DNA of 64,000 nucleotides. Source: Fidelibacterota bacterium (GTDB lineage: Bacteria; Fidelibacterota; Marinisomatia; Marinisomatales; Marinisomataceae). Within the stretch, counting starts at the first letter, position 1, and every line of letters begins with the position of its first letter. Position numbers and translations under genes: made by a program. The notes under the pieces were generated by a model that was not told the origin of the DNA, made no database searches, and worked only from the letters and a program-made list of their open reading frames with translations. Location: NCBI GenBank assembly GCA_965212055.1, contig OZ243041.1, positions 32,001 through 96,000 of the forward strand, written 5' to 3'. Positions 42,571-51,932 of this stretch are shown here, one piece after another.

Positions 42571-44031
42571 ATGGCTAAAATAACCTCACAATCAGAAAAT
42601 TTTTCTAAGTGGTATACTGACTCAATATTGCACGCTGATTTGGCTGATTATGGCCCAGTAAAAGGGACTATGGTTGTCAAACCATATGGATTTGCCCTAT
42701 GGTCCAATGTAAAAAAAGCATTAAATACCATGATTGAAGAAACAGGACATGAAAATGCTTATTTTCCTCTTTTTATTCCAAAAAGTTTTTTTGAAAAAGA
42801 AGCAAAACACGTAGAAGGATTTGCAAAAGAATGTGCTGTTGTTACTCACTCAAAGTTGATTGCTAGTGATACCGGCCTTGAAGTTGATCCAGACTCAAAA
42901 TTAGAAGAAGAAATTATTGTTAGACCAACATCGGAAACAATTATTTGGTCAATGTTTAAAAAATGGATTACATCATATCGTGATCTACCTGTAATGATTA
43001 ACCAGTGGGCAAATGTTGTGCGTTGGGAGATGAGAACAAGATTGTTTTTAAGAACATCTGAGTTTTTATGGCAAGAAGGACATACTGCGCATGCAACCAA
43101 AAAAGAAGCAATGGTAGAAACGTTAAAAATTGTTGAGATATATAAATCTTTGTTTGAAGACCATCTTGCAATTCCAACTGTCATTGGCAGAAAGTCTGAT
43201 GCAGAAAAATTTGCTGGTGCAGAAGAAACTTATTCAATTGAAACAATGATGCTTGATAAAAAAGCACTTCAAGGTGGTACGTCGCATTATTTAGGAACAA
43301 ACTTTGGGAATGCTTTTGATGTAAAGTTTCAAAGCAAAGAAAATAAAGAACAACCTGTTTTTGCAACAAGCTGGGGGGTTAGCACTCGAGTCATTGGAGC
43401 GCTTATTATGGTCCATGGAGACGACAAAGGATTGAAGCTTCCTCCAAAAGTTGCTCCACATCAAGTTGTGATTGTTCCTATTAATCCAAAAAATGAGAAT
43501 GAAAAAAAATTCAATAATTTTGTTGATACAGTAGCAAACGACTTAAATAAAAATGGTATAAGATGTAAAATAGATGCTTCTGAAAATACACCTGGGTTTA
43601 AATTTAATTTTTGGGAATTAAAGGGTGTTCCTATTAGGCTTGAAATTGGTTTACAAGAATATAAAGATCAAAAATTAACTTTGTGTAGAAGAGATACAGG
43701 TGGAAAAAGTTCTATCAAACACAACGACTGTAGTAGTATTGCAACAATGTTAGATGACATTCAATTGAGTATGTATAATTCTGCCAACGCTTTTTTACAA
43801 AAAAATACCATAGAACTAAATGACTATAAAGACCTTAAAGAAAAACTATCAAAAGACAATTGTTTTGTTAGAGCTTACTGGGATGGTTCTGCGGCATCAG
43901 AATTAAAAGTTAAAGAAGATACAAAGGCTACCATTCGATGTATTTTAGAAGATGTGGACAATAAAAAATTAAAATGTATTGTTTCGGACAAACCAGCTAA
44001 ACATCTTGTGATTTTTGCAAAAGCATACTAA
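42571..44031 (+). CDS. proS: Proline--tRNA ligase (eukaryote/archaea-type)
   Basis: VRPTSET, QWANVVRWE, FLRTSEFLWQEGHTAH, LQGGTSH, SWGVSTR, HGDDKGL, C-terminal FAKAY. Confidence 0.98.
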   Translation: MAKITSQSENFSKWYTDSILHADLADYGPVKGTMVVKPYGFALWSNVKKALNTMIEETGHENAYFPLFIPKSFFEKEAKHVEGFAKECAVVTHSKLIASDTGLEVDPDSKLEEEIIVRPTSETIIWSMFKKWITSYRDLPVMINQWANVVRWEMRTRLFLRTSEFLWQEGHTAHATKKEAMVETLKIVEIYKSLFEDHLAIPTVIGRKSDAEKFAGAEETYSIETMMLDKKALQGGTSHYLGTNFGNAFDVKFQSKENKEQPVFATSWGVSTRVIGALIMVHGDDKGLKLPPKVAPHQVVIVPINPKNENEKKFNNFVDTVANDLNKNGIRCKIDASENTPGFKFNFWELKGVPIRLEIGLQEYKDQKLTLCRRDTGGKSSIKHNDCSSIATMLDDIQLSMYNSANAFLQKNTIELNDYKDLKEKLSKDNCFVRAYWDGSAASELKVKEDTKATIRCILEDVDNKKLKCIVSDKPAKHLVIFAKAY

Positions 44032-44036
44032 TTACT

Positions 44037-45083
44037 ATGAAAAAATTCCTCTCTTATTCTTTATTAATTTGTTTATTATATCTCTTATTGTGGCCAGTGC
44101 CAATAAACCCAGTTGCTTGGGATTCTCCTAGCCCTCCATCAATGACAGGCGTTTATGCCAAAAATGATTATTTAAAAAATATAGAAATATTTTGGGAAAG
44201 CGATGGACATTATGGACCAGAAGATATCGCAATTTATGATGGTAATTTATATGCAGGATATCATGATGGAGTTATTATGAGTTCTATTGGTGAGTTTTAC
44301 AATACTAATGGACGTCCTCTTGGTATGACATTTGATTTTGATAACAACCTAATTGTTGCAGATGCGATTCAAGGCTTAATATCCATTAACAAAGAAGGCG
44401 TTGCTACAACCCTTACAATTAAGTCTGATTCAGATAATATTCTATTGGGTTTTACAGATGATTTAGATATCGCAACCGATGGAAAAATTTACTTTTCTGA
44501 TGCTTCAGATAAATTTGGATATGGAGAAGACAGAATTGGTTTAATGGAACACACTCCTAATGGAAGATTGTTGGTTTATGATCCAGAAACTAAAACGACC
44601 ACTACTTTGCTTGATAATTTATATTTTGCGAACGGTGTCGCTGTAAGCCCTGATGACTCTTTTGTTTTATTTAATGAAACATTTATGTACAGAGTACAAA
44701 AATATTGGCTTAAAGGAGAAAAAGCCGGCACATCAGAAATTATTATTGAAAATTTGCCTGGTTTTCCAGACAATATTTCTTCAAATGGAAAAGGAGTCTA
44801 TTGGGTGGCGCTTTTTACAGTAAGAAATGATTTTATTGATAAAACAGCAGATAAGCCTTTTCTTAGAAAAATGGCTTTGCGATTACCAGAGTCTTTGCAA
44901 CCTCAGCCAGCACCTTATGCATTTGCTTTAGGAATTGATGGGAATGGAAATGTTTTACACAACCTTCAATATGGTGCAAACGATGCTTATTCGCCTATAA
45001 CAAGCGTTAAGCAATATGGTGACGAGCTATATTTTGGTAGTCTTACTCATAAGGGTTGGGGAAAAATAAAAGCACCAGAATGA
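44037..45083 (+). CDS. Strictosidine synthase-like / SMP-30 six-bladed beta-propeller
   Basis: GPEDI, GRPLGM, IYFSDAS, GRLLVYDP, LYFANGVAVSPD, NLPGFPDNI. Confidence 0.92.
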   Translation: MKKFLSYSLLICLLYLLLWPVPINPVAWDSPSPPSMTGVYAKNDYLKNIEIFWESDGHYGPEDIAIYDGNLYAGYHDGVIMSSIGEFYNTNGRPLGMTFDFDNNLIVADAIQGLISINKEGVATTLTIKSDSDNILLGFTDDLDIATDGKIYFSDASDKFGYGEDRIGLMEHTPNGRLLVYDPETKTTTTLLDNLYFANGVAVSPDDSFVLFNETFMYRVQKYWLKGEKAGTSEIIIENLPGFPDNISSNGKGVYWVALFTVRNDFIDKTADKPFLRKMALRLPESLQPQPAPYAFALGIDGNGNVLHNLQYGANDAYSPITSVKQYGDELYFGSLTHKGWGKIKAPE

Positions 45084-45754
45084 AGATATCTACCCCTGCA
45101 ATTGTTTTAAAAACAACCCTGTTTAAAGAATCAAGCTTAATTGCACGACTATTTACTTTAGAAAAAGGCAAAAGTTCTTATGTCATTAAATCTGCCATGA
45201 GACAAAAGTCTCCACTTAAATCTATTTATCAACAGATAAATGAAATACAAGTAAACTATACACATAACAGTAGAAGACAATTACAGCCCATTTATGATTC
45301 TAAGCTATTAAATGGTTGGAATAGTATTAATTTTGATTTAAAAAAAACCCTGCTTTGTTTATCAATGATTGAAATGATAGACAGAGGTTTTGACGATGGA
45401 GATAAAGATACAGAGACATATTATCTCTTAAAAAATGTTCTTCATTATTTTGATTTGGAACACAATAATTATAATAATGCATTCTATTTTTTTGTTTTAC
45501 ATTTTCTGAAAAACACGGGATATAATATCATTGAAGCAAAAGAACATCCAATTGTTAAAAGGTATTTATCAAAAGATCCAAAACTGCTTGAACAATTAAA
45601 AGAAATTTATATTTCTAATTTTTTAGAGGAAAAAAATAAAAAACATATCTTTAATTATGATAAAAAAATTGTAGCAAATTTTATGTCTGATTTAATTAAA
45701 TACCACTTACCCGATATGAGGTCTTTTGCTGTTGCCAAGGAAATTTTTCAGTAA
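45080..45754 (+). CDS. recO: DNA repair protein RecO (divergent)
   Basis: AIVLKT..FKESSLIARLFTLEKGK OB-fold N-terminus; helical C-terminus ending YHLPDMRS; ATG 45080 overlaps the upstream stop. Confidence 0.75.
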   Translation: MKISTPAIVLKTTLFKESSLIARLFTLEKGKSSYVIKSAMRQKSPLKSIYQQINEIQVNYTHNSRRQLQPIYDSKLLNGWNSINFDLKKTLLCLSMIEMIDRGFDDGDKDTETYYLLKNVLHYFDLEHNNYNNAFYFFVLHFLKNTGYNIIEAKEHPIVKRYLSKDPKLLEQLKEIYISNFLEEKNKKHIFNYDKKIVANFMSDLIKYHLPDMRSFAVAKEIFQ

Positions 45755-45757
45755 AAA

Positions 45758-46039
45758 TTACTCAATTTTAAATACTTTTTCTCCAGGCCGAACCATCTTT
45801 AATTTTTCTCTTGCAATTTTTTCAATATAATCTTCATCGAATTGCAATTTTTCAGATTCTTTTTGTAGTTCTGCGATTTCTTGACGTAAAGAATTGATTT
45901 CTTGTTGGATGCCTAACTTTTCTTTTTTTATTTTCCACAGATTAATTAATCCTCGATCGCTGAAAAATAATAAAATAATACATCCTACAGCTACTAGGAC
46001 AAATAAAATATTTGTTAGTCTGGAAGGTCTATTTTTCAT
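45758..46039 (-). CDS. ftsB: Septum formation initiator FtsB/DivIC
   Basis: TM helix, FSDRGL, coiled coil, YIEKIAREKLKMVRPGE; downstream of eno. Confidence 0.88.
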   Translation of the reverse strand: MKNRPSRLTNILFVLVAVGCIILLFFSDRGLINLWKIKKEKLGIQQEINSLRQEIAELQKESEKLQFDEDYIEKIAREKLKMVRPGEKVFKIE

Positions 46040-47316
46040 TTAATAAAAGAAAATTTTTTACCAAAATGATGGGGAGATAATTTTTCTTCTATTCTTAATA
46101 GCTGATTATATTTGCTGGTACGATCTGTTCTGCAAACAGAGCCAGTTTTTATTTGACCTCCCCCCATAGCAACAGAAAAATCAGCAATAAACGTGTCTTC
46201 TGTTTCTCCTGATCTATGAGAAATAATAAAATTATAATTATTATTTTTTGCTAGGTTAATTGTTTCTATTGTTTCTGAAACAGTGCCTATTTGATTGAGT
46301 TTGATTAGAATACTGTTCATTGTATTTTTGCTAATTGCTTCATTTAATTTTTTTGGGTTTGTTACTGTTAAGTCATCTCCTACGATTTGAATTCTATCTC
46401 CAAGGGAAGTGTTTAGTTTTGTCCATCCTTTCCAATCGTTTTCGTCTAAGCCGTCTTCAATAGAAATAATTGGATATTGGTTTATAAGTCTTTCATAAAA
46501 TTTAATCATTCCTTCATCGTCCAAAATTTGATTATCAAGATGAAGATGGTATTTATTGTCTTGATAGAAACTAGATGCTGCAACATCTAGAGCAAGAAAT
46601 AGGTCTTTCCCAGTTTTATGGCCAGTTTTCTCTATTGCGTTTAACAATAATTCTATAGCATGTTCATTGGCCTTGAACTGTGGTGCAAACCCTCCTTCGT
46701 CGCCTACCGTAGTGGCTAAACCTTTAGATCTGAGTTCTTTTTTTAGCTCATGAAAGATTTCAGTGCCCATCCGCATTGATTCAGAAAAAGAGATTGCTCC
46801 AACAGGGAAAATCATAATTTCTTGTATATCAGATCCTCCGTCTGCATGCATCCCACCGTTTAATACATTAATCATAGGAACTGGCAATATAGAACTATCT
46901 TTATTGAGATAATGATATAATGGACAATTATAAAATTTGGAAGAAGCAACAGCACATGCCATTGATATTCCTAAAATAGCATTTGCCCCACAATTGCTTT
47001 TATTTTCTGTACCATCAGTTTCTAACAAAATTTGATCTATTTCTTTTTGTTGATCAGATCTCTTCCCAATTAGTTGCGGTTGAAGCACTTCGAGAACATT
47101 TTTAATTGCTGTTTTCACTTCTTTTCCATGAAACCTTTTATTGTTGTTGTCTCTTAGCTCAAGAGCTTCAAATTTTCCTACAGATGCCCCAGAAGGAACT
47201 GCAGCTCTACCAGAACAAGGCCCAACATCTACCTCTACCTCAATCGTTGGATTTCCTCTCGAATCTAAAATTTGTCGAGAATATATTTTTTGAATTATTG
47301 GATAATTTTTATTCAT
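46036..47316 (-). CDS. eno: Enolase
   Basis: ILDSRGNPTIEV, VPSGAS, GDEGGFAP, IVGDDL, IKLNQIG, SHRSGETED, KYNQLLRIEE. Confidence 0.99.
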   Translation of the reverse strand: MNKNYPIIQKIYSRQILDSRGNPTIEVEVDVGPCSGRAAVPSGASVGKFEALELRDNNNKRFHGKEVKTAIKNVLEVLQPQLIGKRSDQQKEIDQILLETDGTENKSNCGANAILGISMACAVASSKFYNCPLYHYLNKDSSILPVPMINVLNGGMHADGGSDIQEIMIFPVGAISFSESMRMGTEIFHELKKELRSKGLATTVGDEGGFAPQFKANEHAIELLLNAIEKTGHKTGKDLFLALDVAASSFYQDNKYHLHLDNQILDDEGMIKFYERLINQYPIISIEDGLDENDWKGWTKLNTSLGDRIQIVGDDLTVTNPKKLNEAISKNTMNSILIKLNQIGTVSETIETINLAKNNNYNFIISHRSGETEDTFIADFSVAMGGGQIKTGSVCRTDRTSKYNQLLRIEEKLSPHHFGKKFSFIK

Positions 47317-47413
47317 ATTTTAATTTAGTTCTTTTGATTTATTATATAAAAGATTTCGCTAATTTCACACCTAATTACTGACTTTAATAGAATTTTTAAT
47401 TTTAATAAAAAGG

Positions 47414-47442
47414 TTGATTTGTGGGAAAATAGGGATTATTAT
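47414..47442 (+). promoter_or_regulatory. Putative sigma70 promoter for the microprotein pair
   Basis: TTGATT-17 nt-TATTAT. Confidence 0.45.
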
Positions 47443-47500
47443 TATAAAAAAGTGCGAATATGCAAACTTTTAAGAAAAATGATCATATTGACATGATTAC

Positions 47501-47551
47501 AAAAAAGGGGACAAAACCTACAGTTTTGTTGGGTTTATTGTCTCTTTTTTT
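47501..47551 (+). promoter_or_regulatory. Long leader hairpin ending in a U-tract (terminator/attenuator-like)
   Basis: AAAAAAGGGGACAA...TTGTCTCTTTTTTT outer stem with inner AACCTA/TGGGTT pairing. Confidence 0.5.
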
Positions 47552-47577
47552 AATTTAACTAATCAAGGAGGAATAAC

Positions 47578-47784
47578 ATGGCTTCATGGGATTCAATGAT
47601 AGGCGGTGCTTTAAGTGGATTAACTGGTGTAGTTAAGGCTGCAATTATATTTTTTGTTTTTGCAAACGTATTATTCAACACTGGTATGGATCCACTAGGC
47701 GGCATTGCTAGCTTAGTTGATGCTTTCACAAATAACGGACTAACAGGATTGCTAGTATTAGTAGTCTTCTTGTCTTGGTTATAA
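47578..47784 (+). CDS. Small hydrophobic protein A (68 aa), unknown function
   Basis: Strong SD AAGGAGG 6 nt upstream, biased codons, two hydrophobic segments, paralogous to the next ORF. Confidence 0.85.
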   Translation: MASWDSMIGGALSGLTGVVKAAIIFFVFANVLFNTGMDPLGGIASLVDAFTNNGLTGLLVLVVFLSWL

Positions 47785-47811
47785 ATTTGGGTTAGTGCAT
47801 TAATCGATAAG

Positions 47812-47843
47812 ATATAGGGGCTCTGTATTAAGAGCCCCTATAT
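47812..47843 (+). other. Intercistronic perfect hairpin without a U-tract
   Basis: ATATAGGGGCTCT-GTATTA-AGAGCCCCTATAT, 13-bp stem. Confidence 0.75.
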
Positions 47844-47867
47844 ATAAAAGTTTAAGGAGAAAAAATA

Positions 47868-48080
47868 ATGAACAATGCTATAAAAATAGTCACTGATGCT
47901 CTTAGTTCGCTAACAGACTTAGCAATTCATCTGCTTGTTGCAGGTGTAATTATTGGCATTTTATTTGGTGATATGTTTGGTGTTATTGGAAATATTGCAT
48001 CTGTAATGGCTTCAGTTGGTGACAATGGTCTTGCTGGACTAATTACTATTTTAATTGTTGCAATGTGGATGAAAAAATAA
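47868..48080 (+). CDS. Small hydrophobic protein B (70 aa), unknown function
   Basis: SD AAGGAG, two hydrophobic segments, shares ALSxLT, LF, GxIAS, NGLxGL and W with protein A. Confidence 0.85.
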   Translation: MNNAIKIVTDALSSLTDLAIHLLVAGVIIGILFGDMFGVIGNIASVMASVGDNGLAGLITILIVAMWMKK

Positions 48081-48116
48081 TTATTATTTTAGAATCTACT
48101 TTTCAATAAAAAAAAT

Positions 48117-48142
48117 AAAGGGCTCAACTTTTGGGCCCTTTT
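48117..48142 (+). terminator. Intrinsic terminator after the microprotein pair
   Basis: AAAGGGCTCAA-CTT-TTGGGCCCTTTT hairpin followed by T-rich sequence. Confidence 0.75.
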
Positions 48143-48169
48143 ACTCTTATTTTATGATAATTTCATGTG

Positions 48170-49336
48170 ATGAAATTATTTAAATCTATATACCCTATTT
48201 TTTATTATCTGCTATTTATATCTTGGTGCTTTGCCTCTACTCAAGGAACAGTTAAAATTATTGATTCCAACAATCTTCTCATCGGGAAAGCAAACTATAT
48301 CAAAGAACAGAAATATTATATCTCTGTTAATAATTTTTCTGATGTTTTACTAAATAAAAATTTTACCAATAATAATACTGAAAAAATTATTATTTATTTT
48401 GGAGATACTAAAATTAAAATTACCGCTAATATATCATTTATTATTATTAATGATAAAGCTTACCAGTTACAAAATAACGTTTTCCAAAGAAAGGGAGAAT
48501 ATTATGTCCCTTTGGATGATTTCTTAGCTCTTTTAACTCAACATACCAATACAAACTATTCTATAAATTATAATTCTATGTCTATTAATCTCGGCAGCGT
48601 TATTCAGAATTCCCCTATAGATAAAACAACGGATTTAATTAAAGAAAAAAAGAAATGGCAATTTGATACAATTATTATTGATCCTGGTCATGGAGGAAAA
48701 GATCCTGGTTCAATAGGCTATAAAGGCACCAAAGAGAAAGATATTGTTTTAGATGTCTCAAAACGTTTAGCAAAGAAAATACAAAAAAATTTAAGAGTTA
48801 AAACTATTTTAACTCGAGATGAAGATGTTTTTATTCGCTTACAGGATAGAACAAAATTTGCTAATACAAATGAAGGAGATTTATTTATTAGTATTCATGT
48901 AAACTCCAATGAAAGCAAAAAACCTTATGGGTTTGAAACCTATCTTTTAAAACCCGGTAGAAATCAAGAAGCAATTAACGTAGCATTGCGGGAAAACTCT
49001 GTAATTGAATTAGAAGGAAATAAGTTTGAGAAACTAACTGATGAACAATTAATCCAAGCCACAATTGCTCAAAGCGGTTTTGTGCAGTATAGTGAAAAAT
49101 TTGCAGCCTTAATTCAAGAAGAAATTGATAAAAGAGTGCAAAGCAGAAATCGAGGAGTAAAACAAGCTGGATTTTATGTTTTGATGGGAGCTTCAATGCC
49201 AAATGTTTTGATTGAATTAGGTTATATATCAAACCCTAATGAAGAAAAAAAATTAAATAGTTCCAGCTATAGAGATATGCTTGCCACATCCATTTACTAT
49301 GCTATTGTGAAATATCAGAAAATATTAAATGATTAA
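48170..49336 (+). CDS. N-acetylmuramoyl-L-alanine amidase (Amidase_3)
   Basis: IIIDPGHGGKDPG, EKDIVL, LTRDED, DLFISIHVN, GFETY, RGVKQAGFYVL, MPNVLIELGYISN; start ATG 48170 or GTG 48167. Confidence 0.95.
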   Translation: MKLFKSIYPIFYYLLFISWCFASTQGTVKIIDSNNLLIGKANYIKEQKYYISVNNFSDVLLNKNFTNNNTEKIIIYFGDTKIKITANISFIIINDKAYQLQNNVFQRKGEYYVPLDDFLALLTQHTNTNYSINYNSMSINLGSVIQNSPIDKTTDLIKEKKKWQFDTIIIDPGHGGKDPGSIGYKGTKEKDIVLDVSKRLAKKIQKNLRVKTILTRDEDVFIRLQDRTKFANTNEGDLFISIHVNSNESKKPYGFETYLLKPGRNQEAINVALRENSVIELEGNKFEKLTDEQLIQATIAQSGFVQYSEKFAALIQEEIDKRVQSRNRGVKQAGFYVLMGASMPNVLIELGYISNPNEEKKLNSSSYRDMLATSIYYAIVKYQKILND

Positions 49337-50573
49337 TCCAACTTTAGAATTCTTATATGGACTTCATCATCGTGGAATTAAGTTAGGGTTAAAAAATATC
49401 AGTGATTTTTTAAGTTTGTGCAATAATCCTCACAATAAAATTAAAACCATTCACCTTGCTGGGACTAATGGGAAAGGATCAACAGCCTCTATTCTAGCAA
49501 AAATTTTACAAGAAAATGGCCAAAAAGTTGGACTTTACACTTCTCCACATTTGATTCGGTTTAATGAGAGAATTCGAATCAATGGTTGTCCAATATCAGA
49601 TCAAGAAATAATTGATTTTATTCAGCAACATCAAAAAACTATTATGGACAGTTCTATCACTTTTTTTGAAGCAACCACTGCCCTTGCATTTACCTATTTT
49701 GAACGAAACAATGTCGATATTGCCATCATAGAAACAGGGCTTGGAGGCAGATTAGACTCAACGAATGTTATTACACCCGTTCAAACTATTATTACTGAGA
49801 TTGATTATGATCATACTCATATTTTGGGAGAATCTATTGAGCTTATTGCTAGTGAAAAATGTGGTATTTTTAAAAAAAATACTCCGGCATTAACAAGCAA
49901 TTCAAATAAAAAAGTTTTAAATACTATAAAATATTGTGCCCATGAAAAACAATCGCCTTTAACAGTAATTGATAAAAATAAATCAACAATAATAGAGCAT
50001 ACTCCTCAATCAATTTCTTTTTTACATAATGAAACAAAATTTATTTTACCTCAAGCAGGTTCTTATCAAAAAAACAATGCTATTTTAGCAATAGAAACAT
50101 GTAAAGCTCATTTTTCTAAAATTAATATTTCAGAAATACAATCCAGTTTAAAAAAATGGATTTGGCCAGGAAGAATGCAAATAATGACTGAAAATATTTT
50201 TTATGATGTTGCTCATAATGCTAATGCCATTGAAAAATTATCCAAGGACTTATATTCAATTTATAATAAAAAACCAATAGGATTATTAATCTTGAAAAAC
50301 GACAAACTTACTGACAAGCTTTTAACTCTTTTATATAATGAGTTTGAAGAATTAGTAATATCTACAATAGATTCAAAAGACATTCTACAAAAAGATGCTA
50401 TTTTAGATAATAATCAATTACAACAATTTAAATTTGTTGATAATATTACAGAGGCATTATCAGAAATTAAATCTATAGACTATAATGGTCCAAAAGTAAT
50501 TTTTGGCAGCCACTATATTGCGAAGGAGTTATATAAATTTTTTGATTTTTCCTTTGACAATGGTACAATATAA
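49329..50573 (+). CDS. folC: Folylpolyglutamate synthase / dihydrofolate synthase
   Basis: IHLAGTNGKGS, GLYTSPHL, ERIRING, ETGLGGRLDSTN, WPGRMQ, DVAHN. Confidence 0.96.
   Translation: MINPTLEFLYGLHHRGIKLGLKNISDFLSLCNNPHNKIKTIHLAGTNGKGSTASILAKILQENGQKVGLYTSPHLIRFNERIRINGCPISDQEIIDFIQQHQKTIMDSSITFFEATTALAFTYFERNNVDIAIIETGLGGRLDSTNVITPVQTIITEIDYDHTHILGESIELIASEKCGIFKKNTPALTSNSNKKVLNTIKYCAHEKQSPLTVIDKNKSTIIEHTPQSISFLHNETKFILPQAGSYQKNNAILAIETCKAHFSKINISEIQSSLKKWIWPGRMQIMTENIFYDVAHNANAIEKLSKDLYSIYNKKPIGLLILKNDKLTDKLLTLLYNEFEELVISTIDSKDILQKDAILDNNQLQQFKFVDNITEALSEIKSIDYNGPKVIFGSHYIAKELYKFFDFSFDNGTI
50542..50569 (+). promoter_or_regulatory. Putative rho promoter inside the folC 3' end
   Basis: TTGATT-16 nt-TACAAT with extended -10 TG; an alternative TTGACA lies at 50554. 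Confidence 0.4.
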
Positions 50574-50635
50574 TGTAATTTGGATTTTCGAGGTTGTTTT
50601 CCCCCTAAAAAACATTTCACAAAAATGAGGAATCA

Positions 50636-51922
50636 ATGAAATTAAACGATTTAAAAGAAAAAAAACTAAGCGATCTTCGCGAAGTTGCAAAAACTATGGG
50701 TATTGAAAAAATAACATCTTTTTCTAAAGATGAACTGATTGCAGAAATTATGAAAAATAATACTGACGATACCAAAAAAGACAACAGTAACAAAGAAACT
50801 GTTAAAAAAAATGATAATGATAATACTTCATCTGGCGTATTAGAAATTCTACCAGATGGTTATGGATTTTTAAGAAGTGTTAATGATAATTATTTACCTG
50901 GGCCTGAGGATATTTATGTAAGCCCATCTCAAATCAAACGATTTAAGTTAAAAACGGGTCATTATGTTACAGGCACCACCAGAGCACCAAAATCAAAAGA
51001 ACGATTTCATGCTTTGTTACAATTGGTAGAAGTTAATGGAGTAAACCCTGAAGACATTAGAAAACAAACTCCATTTGCAAGATATACCCCATTACATCCT
51101 AACGAAAAATTTAACCTTTCTAATACTAGCGATATGTCCATGAGGATTATGGATCTTATTGCTCCTATTGGTAAAGGACAGAGAGGATTAATTGTTGCAC
51201 AACCTAAGACAGGTAAGACAATTTTAATCTCAAAAATTGCCAATGAAATTAGAAGAAATCACCCTGAAACCGCATTAATTATACTATTAATTGATGAACG
51301 TCCGGAAGAAGTAACTGATATGAAACGAAGCGTAGACGCAGATGTTGTTAGTTCTACATTTGATGAGGGCCCAGAAAGACATGTACAAGTGTCAAATATG
51401 GCTTTAAAGAAGGCACAAAGGCTTGTTGAATGTGGTAGAGACGTAGTCATATTGTTAGATAGTATTACACGCTTAGGTAGAGCACATAATGCTGTTACCG
51501 CACATAGTGGTAAGATTTTGTCTGGAGGCGTAGATTCTAATGCATTAAGAAATCCAAAAAAATTCTTTGGAGCTGCTAGAAATACTGAAGAAGGTGGAAG
51601 TTTAACAATTATTGCAACAGCATTAATTGACACAGGCAGCAAGATGGACGGAGTAATTTTTGAAGAATTTAAAGGAACTGGTAATATGGAATTAGTTCTC
51701 GATAGAGAACTAAGTGATAGAAGAATTTACCCTTCTTTTAATATTCTTAAATCTGGTACTAGAAAAGAAGAATTATTATTATCAGATCAACACCTTTCAA
51801 GAATGTGGATTCTTAGAAAAATGCTAGGAGAAATGAACACAGAACAGGCAATGAGTTTCATGCAAGAAAGGATGAGAAGAACAAAAACTAATCAAGAATT
51901 TCTTGATTTAATGAGCAAATAA
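50636..51922 (+). CDS. rho: Transcription termination factor Rho
   Basis: [65 protein letters not shown]. Confidence 0.99.
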   Translation: MKLNDLKEKKLSDLREVAKTMGIEKITSFSKDELIAEIMKNNTDDTKKDNSNKETVKKNDNDNTSSGVLEILPDGYGFLRSVNDNYLPGPEDIYVSPSQIKRFKLKTGHYVTGTTRAPKSKERFHALLQLVEVNGVNPEDIRKQTPFARYTPLHPNEKFNLSNTSDMSMRIMDLIAPIGKGQRGLIVAQPKTGKTILISKIANEIRRNHPETALIILLIDERPEEVTDMKRSVDADVVSSTFDEGPERHVQVSNMALKKAQRLVECGRDVVILLDSITRLGRAHNAVTAHSGKILSGGVDSNALRNPKKFFGAARNTEEGGSLTIIATALIDTGSKMDGVIFEEFKGTGNMELVLDRELSDRRIYPSFNILKSGTRKEELLLSDQHLSRMWILRKMLGEMNTEQAMSFMQERMRRTKTNQEFLDLMSK

Positions 51923-51932
51923 AATTCCCGAT

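Noticed and set aside
47578..48080. ATP synthase c subunit, type IV pilin or type I toxin call for the microproteins
   Set aside because: No conserved c-ring carboxylate or atp context, no prepilin cleavage motif, and strong unoccluded SD sites unlike toxin mRNAs
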